The notes beneath the pieces were generated by a model that was given only the letters and a program-made list of their open reading frames with translations, had not been told where the DNA came from and did not search any database. From an uncultured delta proteobacterium (lineage in GTDB: Bacteria; Desulfobacterota; RBG-13-43-22), in the NCBI GenBank assembly GCA_963802945.1, contig CAWDKY010000015.1, positions 344,919-408,918 of the forward strand: a stretch of 64,000 nucleotides of DNA, written 5' to 3'. The translations under genes were made by a program, and so were the position numbers. This document shows, one piece after another, positions 39,030 to 48,154 of this stretch. Every line of letters begins with the position of its first letter. The stretch's first letter is position 1.

Positions 39030-40697
39030 CTACTTGGCCCTTTCCCCTCCGCAGGCATAAAGTGCCCATAATTCCGGCAATACAGGCCCCCCCATCTTCT
39101 CCACCAGAGTGTTGCTGTGGAGCAGGATACTGGAAGATATCAGGAGGGTTTTGCAATCCATCTCCTGGAGTAGATGATCCTTTACCAAACGGTCGCGGGT
39201 GGATACGAAATAGGTGTTGGGTTCATGATCCTTCACTATGCCGAGGAACTCGGACCGTTCCTGGATCGTCTTCATGGCAATGTTTGGCTTCTTACCATGC
39301 AGGTAGTAGGTGGCCACATTTCGGGCAAAGGGGGTTTCATAAGGTGTTCTTTGGTAGAAGATCACGGTTACGGGTGTATGCTCATTGAAATACTGATTCA
39401 ACCTCTTGGAAAACTCAATATGCTGAGCCACTGGCACAAAAAGCAGGAGAACCAGAAGGAGGGTATTGATCAAGACGGAAATCAGCACCACCACCTTGAC
39501 CGCCGAGGAAAGATCGGCTTTCCGAATGCGTACCGGCAGCTTATTAAGATAGTCCCTGAGTCCGTAGCCGAGGATTACCGGTAAAATTCCAAAGATGGGG
39601 AAGAGAAAGCGATCCTCTTTATGTGGAATGAGGCAGTGGCCCAAGAGGAAGAAGCCCACGCTCAAGCTGTAAGGATCGCGGAAGGTTTTGATTAAACCTC
39701 TCCCCAGGAAAAATAGGAAGATGACGCTCAGGGGAGGGGCGGTGAGGGCTATGGAAAGAACCCCCACATAAATCCAGACCGAGTTTGTACTCATGGCCCT
39801 GCCCTGTATCACATTGATCTTCCAGTAGGTATAGGGTGTGAAGGCGAACTGTCCATAGTAGTGGCTGTCAAGTAGAACATTGAAGGCGGTTCCAATGAGG
39901 AAACCCAGGGCGATTCCGGAAATCGTCGGTAACGAAGCTTTTTCAAAGAACAGCAGCCAAATGCCCAGTCCGATCATGGCGAATCCCATTTGAAACCGGA
40001 AAAAGAAGGCCAGGCTCAGTACAAACCCGACCAGCAGGCCTTTCCACACCGTCATCGAACGGGCACTCAAGTACCTGTAAAGCAGGATCGCTGAAAAGTA
40101 AGTAAGACCTCCGAAGATTTCAGAAGAAAAGAGGGTCTTGATGAAAGGGAAAGCCCAGGAGAAGTTGGCGATCAGAAGCAGGAGGTAAAGGGTCAGTCTG
40201 CTGTCGTTCCTGAAGGTTCGCAGAATGATGTAGTTAAATAGCGTAAAATTCAGGAGGCTGGTGATTATTCGCAGGATCGTGTGCGCTGTATAAGGATCTC
40301 CCAAATGCAAGAATTGCATGGCCTGGTAGAAGCCGAGAAAAAGATAGACCTGAAGGGTCTGACGTACTTGCTCTGGGAGCTCCCGGGCCATCAGATTGAA
40401 GGGCGTGATGCCCAATTTGTAGGTGGCAAACTCGATGATCGAATGATGCTGATCCGGGTGATAATATCCAATAGCGTTCAGGGCTGAAATCATTTGAATG
40501 ATGAATCCCGAGAAGATTATTAGGGAAATATTTCTATCCCAGGTTCCGGATAACCCGTTGTTGCCAAACACGGGAGGGGGTACGTCGTTCAAAAGATTTT
40601 GCGAGTCAGTCCTCATATCTTGTCCGATCGCCTTAGGTGAAGTTCCTGGAGCGCTATAGGAGGCTGGTCTTGCTCTCAGGAGATTTTCCTTTTTCAT
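39030..40697 (-). CDS. Polytopic membrane glycosyltransferase (GT22/PimE/Alg9-like mannosyltransferase family)
   Basis: 555 aa with many TM helices and a YYHPDQHHSIIEF loop resembling the HPDE motif of GT22 enzymes. Confidence 0.65.
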   Translation of the reverse strand: MKKENLLRARPASYSAPGTSPKAIGQDMRTDSQNLLNDVPPPVFGNNGLSGTWDRNISLIIFSGFIIQMISALNAIGYYHPDQHHSIIEFATYKLGITPFNLMARELPEQVRQTLQVYLFLGFYQAMQFLHLGDPYTAHTILRIITSLLNFTLFNYIILRTFRNDSRLTLYLLLLIANFSWAFPFIKTLFSSEIFGGLTYFSAILLYRYLSARSMTVWKGLLVGFVLSLAFFFRFQMGFAMIGLGIWLLFFEKASLPTISGIALGFLIGTAFNVLLDSHYYGQFAFTPYTYWKINVIQGRAMSTNSVWIYVGVLSIALTAPPLSVIFLFFLGRGLIKTFRDPYSLSVGFFLLGHCLIPHKEDRFLFPIFGILPVILGYGLRDYLNKLPVRIRKADLSSAVKVVVLISVLINTLLLVLLLFVPVAQHIEFSKRLNQYFNEHTPVTVIFYQRTPYETPFARNVATYYLHGKKPNIAMKTIQERSEFLGIVKDHEPNTYFVSTRDRLVKDHLLQEMDCKTLLISSSILLHSNTLVEKMGGPVLPELWALYACGGERAK

Positions 40698-40794
40698 GGT
40701 GCGAAACCTACAGCCACCTTCAGGGTATTGCCTGGAAAATCTCCGGGAGGATCATTCCTTCAATTATTTTTAAACACTTGCCCTTAAAATGAAA

Positions 40795-40823
40795 AGTATA
40801 AAAAAAGAAAAAAACACAGTCAA
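40795..40823 (-). promoter_or_regulatory. Promoter-like module (T-run-CTCCTTGAC-N17-TATACT) upstream of the glycosyltransferase
   Basis: The reverse complement reads TTTTCTCCTTGACT-N17-TATACT. It belongs to a recurrent motif family (see findings). Confidence 0.45.
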
Positions 40824-40929
40824 GGAGAAAATAGGGCGGAAAGCGGAGGAGAACCTTTTCGGGAGAAAACGAGAACAATGAGGGAGAGACAACTCCATGT
40901 TTTAAGGTTTGAAGACCCTTCAGGACTGT

Positions 40930-41186
40930 CGATATCTTTTATTTTAAAAGAATATGCAATCTCCAGGTATAGGCCTGTGCCTGCACCCGTATATCGGCCC
41001 CGAAATCCCAAACAGACCCCTTACTATCGCTCCGTTGAAGACCAGCTTGAAACCCTGGAGCAAGTCTATGAAGATCGTTTTGAAAGGATATCCGGATTCT
41101 TTTGCCCCCATGTCAAACAAGTTATGGAGCGGTATCTGGATTGCGGCAATCTCCTCAAAGGAAAGATCAGGACATCTAAATATTAG
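40930..41186 (+). mobile_element. IS91-family transposase N-terminal fragment (zinc-binding domain region), truncated
   Basis: YRPRNPKQTPYYRSVEDQLETLEQVYEDRFERISGFFCPHVKQVMERYLDCGNL matches the conserved N-terminus of IS91/Y2 transposases. It stops before the Cys-rich zinc motif. Confidence 0.65.
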
Positions 41187-41302
41187 AAGCCTGCTCCTAT
41201 GTTTTCACTTTTTGGCTTCTGTTGGCTCAAGAAGGTCCTTCTATCCTTCAGCTAATCGGCCTAAACCTCCTTAAATCCCTTGGCTACCCCTATTTTTTCT
41301 CC

Positions 41303-41331
41303 TTGACCGCTCTTTCGTTTTATTTTATACT
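41303..41331 (+). promoter_or_regulatory. Promoter-like module TTGACC-N17-TATACT
   Basis: TTTTTCTCCTTGACC(41303-41308)...TATACT(41326-41331), part of the recurrent motif family. Confidence 0.45.
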
Positions 41332-41360
41332 CTTACCATTCAAAAGCAAAGAATTATCAA

Positions 41361-41528
41361 ATGGGCGGTAACGAATTTCATCTGGCTTTTAAGGTGGATG
41401 ATCTTGCAGCATCGTATGCTCCTCCTGAAACGATGGACTGCATCTGTTTTGAAGACAAGGCAATGGGCATTTACTTCATCCACGATCCGGATGATTATTG
41501 GATTGAAATTATCCTTCAAAAGAAATAG
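41361..41528 (+). pseudogene. VOC/glyoxalase-family C-terminal fragment
   Basis: 55-aa ORF not in the track: MGGNEFHLAFKVDDL....MGIYFIHDPDDYWIEIILQKK. It covers only the last beta-alpha-beta-beta-beta module. Confidence 0.45.
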
Positions 41529-41601
41529 AAATATAACCATTGGTGCCGATCACTATGGTCCGTATGCGATCGGATGAATAATAAATAAAGGAGGCAATCC
41601 G

Positions 41602-42225
41602 ATGAAGAAGTCAATTTTTAAAATGTTATTTTTGACATTGGTGATTATCACACCTGTTTCAGTAATGGCCCAGGTAAGCGTGAATGTCAATATTCCTCTG
41701 CCTCCGCCGATTATCTTTCCGGCGCCACCCGAGATGGTAGTAATACCTGAAACGTATGTCTATGCTGTGCCTGATGTGCAAGAGGAAATATTTTTTTACA
41801 ACGGCTGGTGGTGGCGTCCATGGGAAGGGCGCTGGTACCGCTCACGGTACTACGACAGAGATTGGGTGTATTTTAATCATGTCCCTCATTTCTATTTGAA
41901 CATACCCCCGAGCTGGAGGGATGATTATCGACATCATCGCTGGAGAGGGCAACGTTGGGAGCACCAGCGGATACATTATTCCGAACTGCAAAGCAACTGG
42001 CGTGATTGGCAAAAAGACAGGCGTTGGGAAAAGCAAAACACCTGGGGTGTCCAGGGCCTGCAGCCAAGACCGCAAGGGCCGCAGTCAAAACCACAGGGCC
42101 TGCAGCCAAGGCCACAAGGGCCGCAGTCAAAACCACAGGTCATACAGCCAAAACCACTGGTCAGGCAGCAGCCAAGACCACTGGTCAGGCAGCCAAAACC
42201 ACTGGGACATAAACCAGAAAAGTAA
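41602..42225 (+). CDS. Secreted W/R/Y-rich protein with tandem-repeat Pro/Gln C-terminus
   Basis: Signal peptide MKKSIFKMLFLTLVIITPVSVMAQ with RBS AAAGGAGG. The C-terminus has GLQPRPQGPQSKPQ twice, then PKPLVRQ-type repeats. Confidence 0.6.
   Translation: MKKSIFKMLFLTLVIITPVSVMAQVSVNVNIPLPPPIIFPAPPEMVVIPETYVYAVPDVQEEIFFYNGWWWRPWEGRWYRSRYYDRDWVYFNHVPHFYLNIPPSWRDDYRHHRWRGQRWEHQRIHYSELQSNWRDWQKDRRWEKQNTWGVQGLQPRPQGPQSKPQGLQPRPQGPQSKPQVIQPKPLVRQQPRPLVRQPKPLGHKPEK
42055..42205 (+). repeat. Tandem repeats inside the secreted-protein gene
   Basis: A 42-nt unit GGCCTGCAGCCAAGRCCRCAAGGGCCGCAGTCAAAACCACAG lies at 42055-42096 and 42097-42138. It is followed by two CCACTGGTCAGGCAGC-containing units. 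Confidence 0.75.
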
Positions 42226-42363
42226 AAGTTAAGGCACTTACTTGATGGTTTTGGTAGTCCTTCGAGAGATAGCTTTTGTTTTTTAAATAGAAAGGGGAGG
42301 CATAGCCTCCCCTTTAAAGGCTGGACCAATTAGTTTTTAGAAAGTTTTAAGCGCAGATTTCAA

Positions 42364-42478
42364 TTGATAACCATTATCAAGTCGGTAAAAGATTTAATCT
42401 TTAGCAAACCAACCAGAGACCCCCACCCAAACACAAAGTCCGCGAACTTAAGAGAGACTCCTTGGATTCCCTGCTTCC
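42364..42478 (+). mobile_element. IS91-family transposase C-terminal relic, copy 1
   Basis: It encodes ...FSKPTRDPHPNTKSANLRE... Positions 42400-42478 are a near-direct repeat of 45656-45735. Confidence 0.55.
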
Positions 42479-42508
42479 TTCTACTTGTTGTTCGCTCTAT
42501 TTTTCTCC

Positions 42509-42538
42509 TTGACGGTGTTCTTTTTCTTGTTTTATATT
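42509..42538 (+). promoter_or_regulatory. Promoter-like module TTGACG-N18-TATATT upstream of the MBOAT gene
   Basis: TTTTTCTCCTTGACG...TATATT lies about 150 nt upstream of 42691, immediately after the IS91 relic. Confidence 0.45.
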
Positions 42539-42690
42539 CTTCCTATTAAAATTAAAAAGAAAATTCTTATCAAAAAAGACAAGACCTATGGATAAAGTAA
42601 TGATTGACTCCGGTTGAATATACCGATATTGTTTTTTATTAAAAAAACAAGAAAACCCATCTTCTTTGCCATCCGGCAACCCAAAACAAA

Positions 42691-44160
42691 ATGGTTTTCA
42701 GTTCACTTCTTTTCCTTTTTCTATTCTTGCCCATCGTCTTAACCGGCTATTTTCTGTTCAGGAAGAACACCCGCAATTTTTTTCTCCTGGTGGCAAGTCT
42801 TTTCTTTTATACCTGGGGAGAGATGCAATTTGTCCCGATAATAATGATTTCCATGATTTTTAATTATTTTTTTGCCATCCTCATCAAAACCTTCCAAAAA
42901 TCAGAAATTTTGAAATCAAAAGAGGCCAGGATCGTTTTATGGCTGGCTGTTATTTTCAATCTGGGTCTCTTAGGTTTTTACAAGTACGCCCTTTTTTTAG
43001 CGGCAAATTTCAATTCGGCCATGCATGTCTTGGGTTTGTCCTATTCGTTGACCTTCCAGGCGATCCACCTGCCTCTTGGCATCTCTTTCTTGACTTTTCG
43101 AGCCCTATCATATGTGATCGATGTTTACAACCGTAAAGTGACCAGTTCAAAAAGCTTGGTGACCATATCCCTATACCTGTCCTTTTTCCCTTTGACCATA
43201 GCTGGACCCATTGTTCGCTACAGTGAAATGGCCTCCCGGCTGCTGAAAAGGGTTGTGACCCTGGAAATGTTTTCGATGGGAATGAGACGATTTATTTTCG
43301 GGCTGGGAAAGAAGTGCCTGATAGCCAATACACTGGCTTCCGTTTCCGACCGGGTGTTTGCCATATCACCCGACCGGATTACTTGCGAACTCGCCTGGCT
43401 TGGAATCCTTTGTTACACCCTTCAGATCTATTTCGATTTCTCAGGTTACTCCGATATGGCCATCGGTCTGGGAAAAATGTTCGGATTCGAATTTCTGGAA
43501 AACTTCAATTACCCTTATATCTCCCAATCCATCAGAGAATTCTGGAGGAGATGGCACATTTCCTTATCGACCTGGTTTCGGGATTACCTCTATATTCCCT
43601 TAGGCGGAAATCGTGTCCAACCCTACCGGACATATGGGAATCTGATCACCGTCTTCTTCCTTTGCGGATTATGGCATGGTGCCGAGTGGACTTTCGTCAT
43701 CTGGGGACTGTGGCATGGATTTTTTATCATTTTGGAACGGCTTGGATTAGGTAGGCTGCTCGATTCATTCTGGAAACCTTTGAAACATCTATATGTCCTG
43801 CTGGTCGTCATCTTTGGTTGGGTATTCTTCCGGTCGGAGTCCTTGTCTTATGCAGCGGCCTATTTCCAGGCTTTGTTGGGGTTGACGAAAGGAAACGGAT
43901 TGGAATTTCCCCTGTCACTATTTCTGAATAGGGAAATTGCAACAGCCCTCTGTGCCGGTGTGGTCTTTTCAGGACCTGTTCTGGCGTGGGCCGACGGACT
44001 GAGGAGAAAAGCCTTCACAAGATCCGGCGCAGTTTCCATCAGGCTTGTGGACCACGGGATTTCGATCGGAAAGGTGATGGTCCTGGGGATTCTTCTTGTT
44101 GCCTCGGTCATTTCTTTAGCCGGAGGGACCTATAATCCTTTCATCTATTTCAGGTTTTGA
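42691..44160 (+). CDS. MBOAT family O-acyltransferase (AlgI/DltB-like)
   Basis: 489 aa, polytopic, with FWRRWHISLS.WFRDYLYIPLGGN and the conserved His region (GLWHGA). Confidence 0.9.
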   Translation: MVFSSLLFLFLFLPIVLTGYFLFRKNTRNFFLLVASLFFYTWGEMQFVPIIMISMIFNYFFAILIKTFQKSEILKSKEARIVLWLAVIFNLGLLGFYKYALFLAANFNSAMHVLGLSYSLTFQAIHLPLGISFLTFRALSYVIDVYNRKVTSSKSLVTISLYLSFFPLTIAGPIVRYSEMASRLLKRVVTLEMFSMGMRRFIFGLGKKCLIANTLASVSDRVFAISPDRITCELAWLGILCYTLQIYFDFSGYSDMAIGLGKMFGFEFLENFNYPYISQSIREFWRRWHISLSTWFRDYLYIPLGGNRVQPYRTYGNLITVFFLCGLWHGAEWTFVIWGLWHGFFIILERLGLGRLLDSFWKPLKHLYVLLVVIFGWVFFRSESLSYAAAYFQALLGLTKGNGLEFPLSLFLNREIATALCAGVVFSGPVLAWADGLRRKAFTRSGAVSIRLVDHGISIGKVMVLGILLVASVISLAGGTYNPFIYFRF

Positions 44161-44167
44161 TAGCTCT

Positions 44168-45277
44168 ATGATGAAAATCCTCAAATCATTCACCTCAATA
44201 AAGTCCTCTTCCCATCAAATCATTAGAAGGCCGTGGGAGGCCTTCCTGAGGATGTTCTGGATCGGCTTGTTTTTCATTTTCCTTTGGGTGCCTCTGATAA
44301 ACATGTTTTTCCCCCTGCTTCCGAGACCGGAAAATGCCGAAAAAAGAATACTCGCTCAAAGGCCAGAACTCCAGCGGAGGACCATTACCGATTACCCTAA
44401 AAATTACGAGCGCTATTTCAATGACCATTTTGGAGGTCGAAATCTCCTTGTTCATTTGAATAGTTACATTCAAGTCCGGTGGTTTAAGGTGTCGCCTCTC
44501 AGGAGTGTTCTGATCGGTAAGGAAGGCTGGCTCTTTTATACTCTGGATAATGGCATTAACGACTATAGGGGATTAGCCCCTTTTTCTCAGGAACACCTGG
44601 AGGCAATCCGTCGGAATATCCTCAAGCAGACTTCCTGGTTAAGGGAAAAGGGAATCCACTACCTTATTCTGATATGCCCTAATAAACATACGATCTACCC
44701 AGAGTATTTACCGGACGGGATTACACGGGTGAACCCAATGACGAGATTGGATCAAATCGTCGAATATTTGAGGGGGAATGAAAAGGCCGTTCTTATCGAT
44801 GTCCGGAAGGAAATTAAAGAAGCAAAAAATAATCTTTTGGTTTATTCGATGACCGATACCCACTGGAACAGTTATGGGGCCTTTATTGCTTATCAGAAAA
44901 CCATGGAGGCCCTTTCAAAAAGCTTTCCCTCGGCGGCTCCCCTGGCGGTTTCCGATTTTGCTGTTTCGGTTAAACCCAACCAAGGTCTTGGGGACCTGGC
45001 CGTTATGTTATCTCTAAAAGGGAAACTTAAGGATCAGGACGTGAACTTAGAACTGAAAGATGATTCGTCGGCTCAAAAAAAGAAAATCCCCAAGGCCGTC
45101 ATCCTCCATGACTCTTTTATTTTCTCCATAAACCCTTTCCTGGAACACCATTTCGACCAGATGGTTCTGCAACACTGGGGTGAACATGGATTCGATTACC
45201 ATTTGATCGAACAGGAAAAACCGTCGGTGGTCATTTTTCAAATAGTCGAACGCCGTCTTGATGCTTTGCTCAAGTAG
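44168..45277 (+). CDS. AlgJ/AlgX-like (DHHW-motif) SGNH-type O-acetyltransferase partner
   Basis: 369 aa with an N-terminal TM anchor, P(N)KHTIYPEYLP and TDTHWN. It is the typical partner immediately downstream of an MBOAT gene. Confidence 0.7.
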   Translation: MMKILKSFTSIKSSSHQIIRRPWEAFLRMFWIGLFFIFLWVPLINMFFPLLPRPENAEKRILAQRPELQRRTITDYPKNYERYFNDHFGGRNLLVHLNSYIQVRWFKVSPLRSVLIGKEGWLFYTLDNGINDYRGLAPFSQEHLEAIRRNILKQTSWLREKGIHYLILICPNKHTIYPEYLPDGITRVNPMTRLDQIVEYLRGNEKAVLIDVRKEIKEAKNNLLVYSMTDTHWNSYGAFIAYQKTMEALSKSFPSAAPLAVSDFAVSVKPNQGLGDLAVMLSLKGKLKDQDVNLELKDDSSAQKKKIPKAVILHDSFIFSINPFLEHHFDQMVLQHWGEHGFDYHLIEQEKPSVVIFQIVERRLDALLK

Positions 45278-45309
45278 AAAGGGCGGAAGATGATGTCTCT
45301 GAATAACCT

Positions 45310-45430
45310 TCCAAGGTAACTTCCGGATCACCCCCCCCTTATAGAAAGGAAAGTAACCATAATAGCGAACCATTTGTTCATCCTGGTCGGGGAGATGATT
45401 GCATAAGGCAGTCAAAGGTGGGATCAATCA
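45310..45430 (-). mobile_element. IS91-family transposase internal fragment (reverse orientation)
   Basis: The reverse strand encodes LTALCNHLPDQDEQMVRYYGYF, the HIP...VRYYG motif region of Y2 transposases. It abuts the AlgJ-like 3' end. Confidence 0.5.
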
Positions 45431-45439
45431 TTCTAGGAC

Positions 45440-45754
45440 ATCGAAGCTCTTTTCGTGTAGATTATCCTTGGATCGATAGATGATCTAGAACTACTCCGGG
45501 AGATCAAATACGGTTCTTCAATTAAGACGCCGGTCGCTTAAGTAAAAATCATGAGGTCGATCCCCTAACCGGCCACAACTGCCGGGGTATGAAGCGGATT
45601 AACAGCATTATCGTAGACCAGGAAGTGATCAACAAGATTTTAGGGCACGTGGCCTTTTAGCAAACCAACCAGGGACTTCCCACCCAAACACAAAGTCCGC
45701 GAACTTAAGAGAGAGTCATCGGATTCCCTGATTCCTTTCTATGAGGATCCCTGA
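45440..45754 (+). mobile_element. IS91-family transposase C-terminal relic, copy 2 (degenerate, with stops and a frameshift)
   Basis: It encodes ...DPLTGHNCRGMKRINSIIVDQEVINKILGH and then, in another frame, WPFSKPTRDFPPKHKVRELKRESSDSLIPFYEDP*. This is the CPxCGG...ILxHLGLW... tail typical of IS91 transposases. Confidence 0.6.
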
Positions 45755-45962
45755 TTAGGATTTCGGGGCTCATGAAGATTACTCGACCGCGAATTACACG
45801 AGTCTGCCATCCATCCACCCAACCTTCGAAACCTGAATTCGCGTAAGGTCACTTACACCGAAATGATATTTTTTGTCTGCCTCAGCGATATGGATAGGCG
45901 CCACATCGGGAAGGAGTGTGGCCTTAGCGCCAGGTGAAAACAGAAGGAAATTCGGCCAGGCA

Positions 45963-46889
45963 TCACCTGAGGGGTAGCCGCTCCAAGAGTTGACCGACGA
46001 TGCCATCCCCTTCATTCGGTTCCTTGAGGCCCACGACCCCCACCACAAATGAACCAGACTGGTGCAAGGCCGTACCCTGGTAAAGGGGGTCGATCACCTG
46101 GAGAGAGGCGCCCTTTTTATCGCCGGAAATTTGGGGTACAACCTTGGCCTCCTTGAGGTACTTCACGTATTCGTGGAAGGTCCGGCCGGCCGCCTCCTCT
46201 GACCCGGCCAGTATGACAATAGCCTTGGCCGGCTTCCCCTTGGTCGTCACCTCTACGGTGAGACCCCTTCCAAAGAAGCTGTAGCCAAGCAACCCCCGGG
46301 GATAGTATTTTTCTGTGAGGGCAACGGCGCCGGCCACTTTGAGGAGCTCGAGCTCCCGGGGTTTTTCCCGGCCTTGGGGAAGGTTGTGTGAGACGGCTTC
46401 AGCGCACGACAGAAACAGGCTTGGTTCCTGGGTGAGCGTCCCGGAGGTCTCGATCTGAACGAAGTAACGATCCTGGTAAAACATCAATTCCGTTTCATCA
46501 AGGAAACCTTCTGCACCCACTTTCATTTGCGGTAGCGTTGCACTACGATAGTTCGAATAGATGCCAAAGGCATCGAGCGGCGATCCCATCTCGAAGATGT
46601 TGACTACCAGGCCGTTCTCCTGGGGTCCGCCTGAGGGTGTAGTGACCTTCATGTATCTAACTGTCGTGGCCCTCTTGAAGCCGTACGGCAAATAGAGCTC
46701 AGCCTCCCCGTTGATATACCTGTAAAGGTTCTCCGGGGTATAAGTCGCCACCTTGCCCTCCATAGCCCATTCAGGGGCACAACTCGTTGGAAGGAGACCC
46801 TCAGGTAGCTTCTCAGCCGCTGATCCCGGAGAGACAAAAGACAGCACGGCCGCCGTGCAAAGAATAAAAACCAGAGCGAAACGGGTCAT
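45963..46889 (-). CDS. Secreted protein of unknown function
   Basis: I trimmed it to MTRFALVFILCTAAVLSFVSPGSAAEK (signal peptide). The ATGA overlap with the upstream AKR stop suggests translational coupling. It contains the LYRYINGEAELYLPYGF motif. Confidence 0.6.
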   Translation of the reverse strand: MTRFALVFILCTAAVLSFVSPGSAAEKLPEGLLPTSCAPEWAMEGKVATYTPENLYRYINGEAELYLPYGFKRATTVRYMKVTTPSGGPQENGLVVNIFEMGSPLDAFGIYSNYRSATLPQMKVGAEGFLDETELMFYQDRYFVQIETSGTLTQEPSLFLSCAEAVSHNLPQGREKPRELELLKVAGAVALTEKYYPRGLLGYSFFGRGLTVEVTTKGKPAKAIVILAGSEEAAGRTFHEYVKYLKEAKVVPQISGDKKGASLQVIDPLYQGTALHQSGSFVVGVVGLKEPNEGDGIVGQLLERLPLR

Positions 46890-48055
46890 GCAAATAGGCT
46901 CCTGGCTTGACGCATCTTTTCGGCAATATTCAGCCCGTGTACGCATTGGGCAACACATCCGGGGCAGGTCGAGCAAAGGGAGGCCTTAGGCGCCTCATCG
47001 AAGGTGGCCTTGGCCAGCGCATATTCTTTATAGCCCTGGGCATACATGAGAGCGCGGTTGACAATGCTGATGCCTACCCCGTTGGGACAGGTGTCTTCGC
47101 ATTGCCCGCAGAGCCTGCAGTAGTAAGGATCGATGGCCTGTGCAGTAGTTTCGAAGAATGCGCTCATCGGTCTTCGTCAGTTTCATTCCCATGACAGGCA
47201 CCATTTGGGTGACCTGCTCGATCGTCCTCATCCCCGGAATTGCGGTACTCACGTTCGTATCCTGGAGCACCCACTTCAGATTGGCAGCGGCCTGCTCGGG
47301 AGTTATGGCTTTGGCATCTTCCCTCGTCCTGTAACCGCCCATCTGGATCTTCATGGCGATCACGCCGATCCCTGCCGCCTTTGCCCTGGCGATGGCCTCT
47401 TTCACGGAGGGTTCCGTCTTGAAGTTATAGGCCACTAGGACAGTATCGAAAAACTTTTCCGGGTCATTTACCACCGCATTGATGACCTCCGCCTGGTTGG
47501 TATGGGTGGTGACGCCGAAGAAACGGACCTTCCCCTGTTCTTTAAGTTTGGCATAAGCCTCCCTCACCTCTGGTATAAAGGCCCGCTCACGACTGTCAAG
47601 ATTGTGGAGTTGGATCACGTCGATACGGTCGGTATGGAGATTCATAAGACTCGTCTCCACATCCTTCATGATGGCTTCCTTGGTGTTCGAGGCTCGGCAG
47701 GGTTTTCGTCGCCACATAAACCTTGTCGCGTATTCCCTTGAGGGCCCTCGACACGATCTCTTCGCTCCTTCCGTTCAGATATCGCCGGGCCGTATCCACG
47801 TAGTTGATGCCCATATCGAGACCGGCTCTTATCACCTCAGACTCCGGGGTGAGCATGGCACCGAAGCTGAGGGTTGTGACCTTGAGCCCGGTTCGGCCCA
47901 GCGTGCGAAAGGCGAGCTGTTGCGGCCAGCTCGGCCCCGAAAAGGTTGCCCACGCCCGTAAGACCAAGGGCGACTGCCCCGGCACCGGCCACCCCGATCT
48001 TCAGTAAATCTCTCCTGTTTATTGAACGTTCCTCATCCATCTTCGTATCCTCCAA
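46886..48055 (-). pseudogene. Aldo/keto reductase with Tat signal and C-terminal Fe-S (CxxCxxC...CP) domain, broken by three frameshifts
   Basis: There are four consecutive ORF pieces in different frames. These are the Tat leader SINRRDLLKIGVAGAGAVAL (47837-48055), the AKR N-terminus FRTLGRTGLKVTTLSFG (47596-47985), the AKR core DRIDVIQLHN...GVIAMK (47028-47717) and the Fe-S tail YYCRLCGQCEDTCPNG...CSTCPGC (46886-47167). Confidence 0.7.
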
Positions 48056-48154
48056 AGGTTTAAGTGTTGTTACCTAAAATTGCACTCAGTAAAATATTAT
48101 ACCTCTTTCTGAACAGTAGTCAAATGGGGTGACCAGCAAATGAAGCCCCTCGCG

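Noticed and set aside
41873-42329. Several 60-117-aa ORFs on both strands over 41842-42329.
   Set aside because: They are artefacts of the tandem Pro/Gln repeat region of the secreted-protein gene. The + frame starting at 41602 has a signal peptide and an RBS.
45540-45575. The GGTCGATCCCCTAACC segment as a tRNA T-arm or 3' end.
   Set aside because: No acceptor or anticodon arms can be built around it. It translates in frame as part of the IS91 transposase C-terminal relic (DPLTGHNCRGMKRI...).
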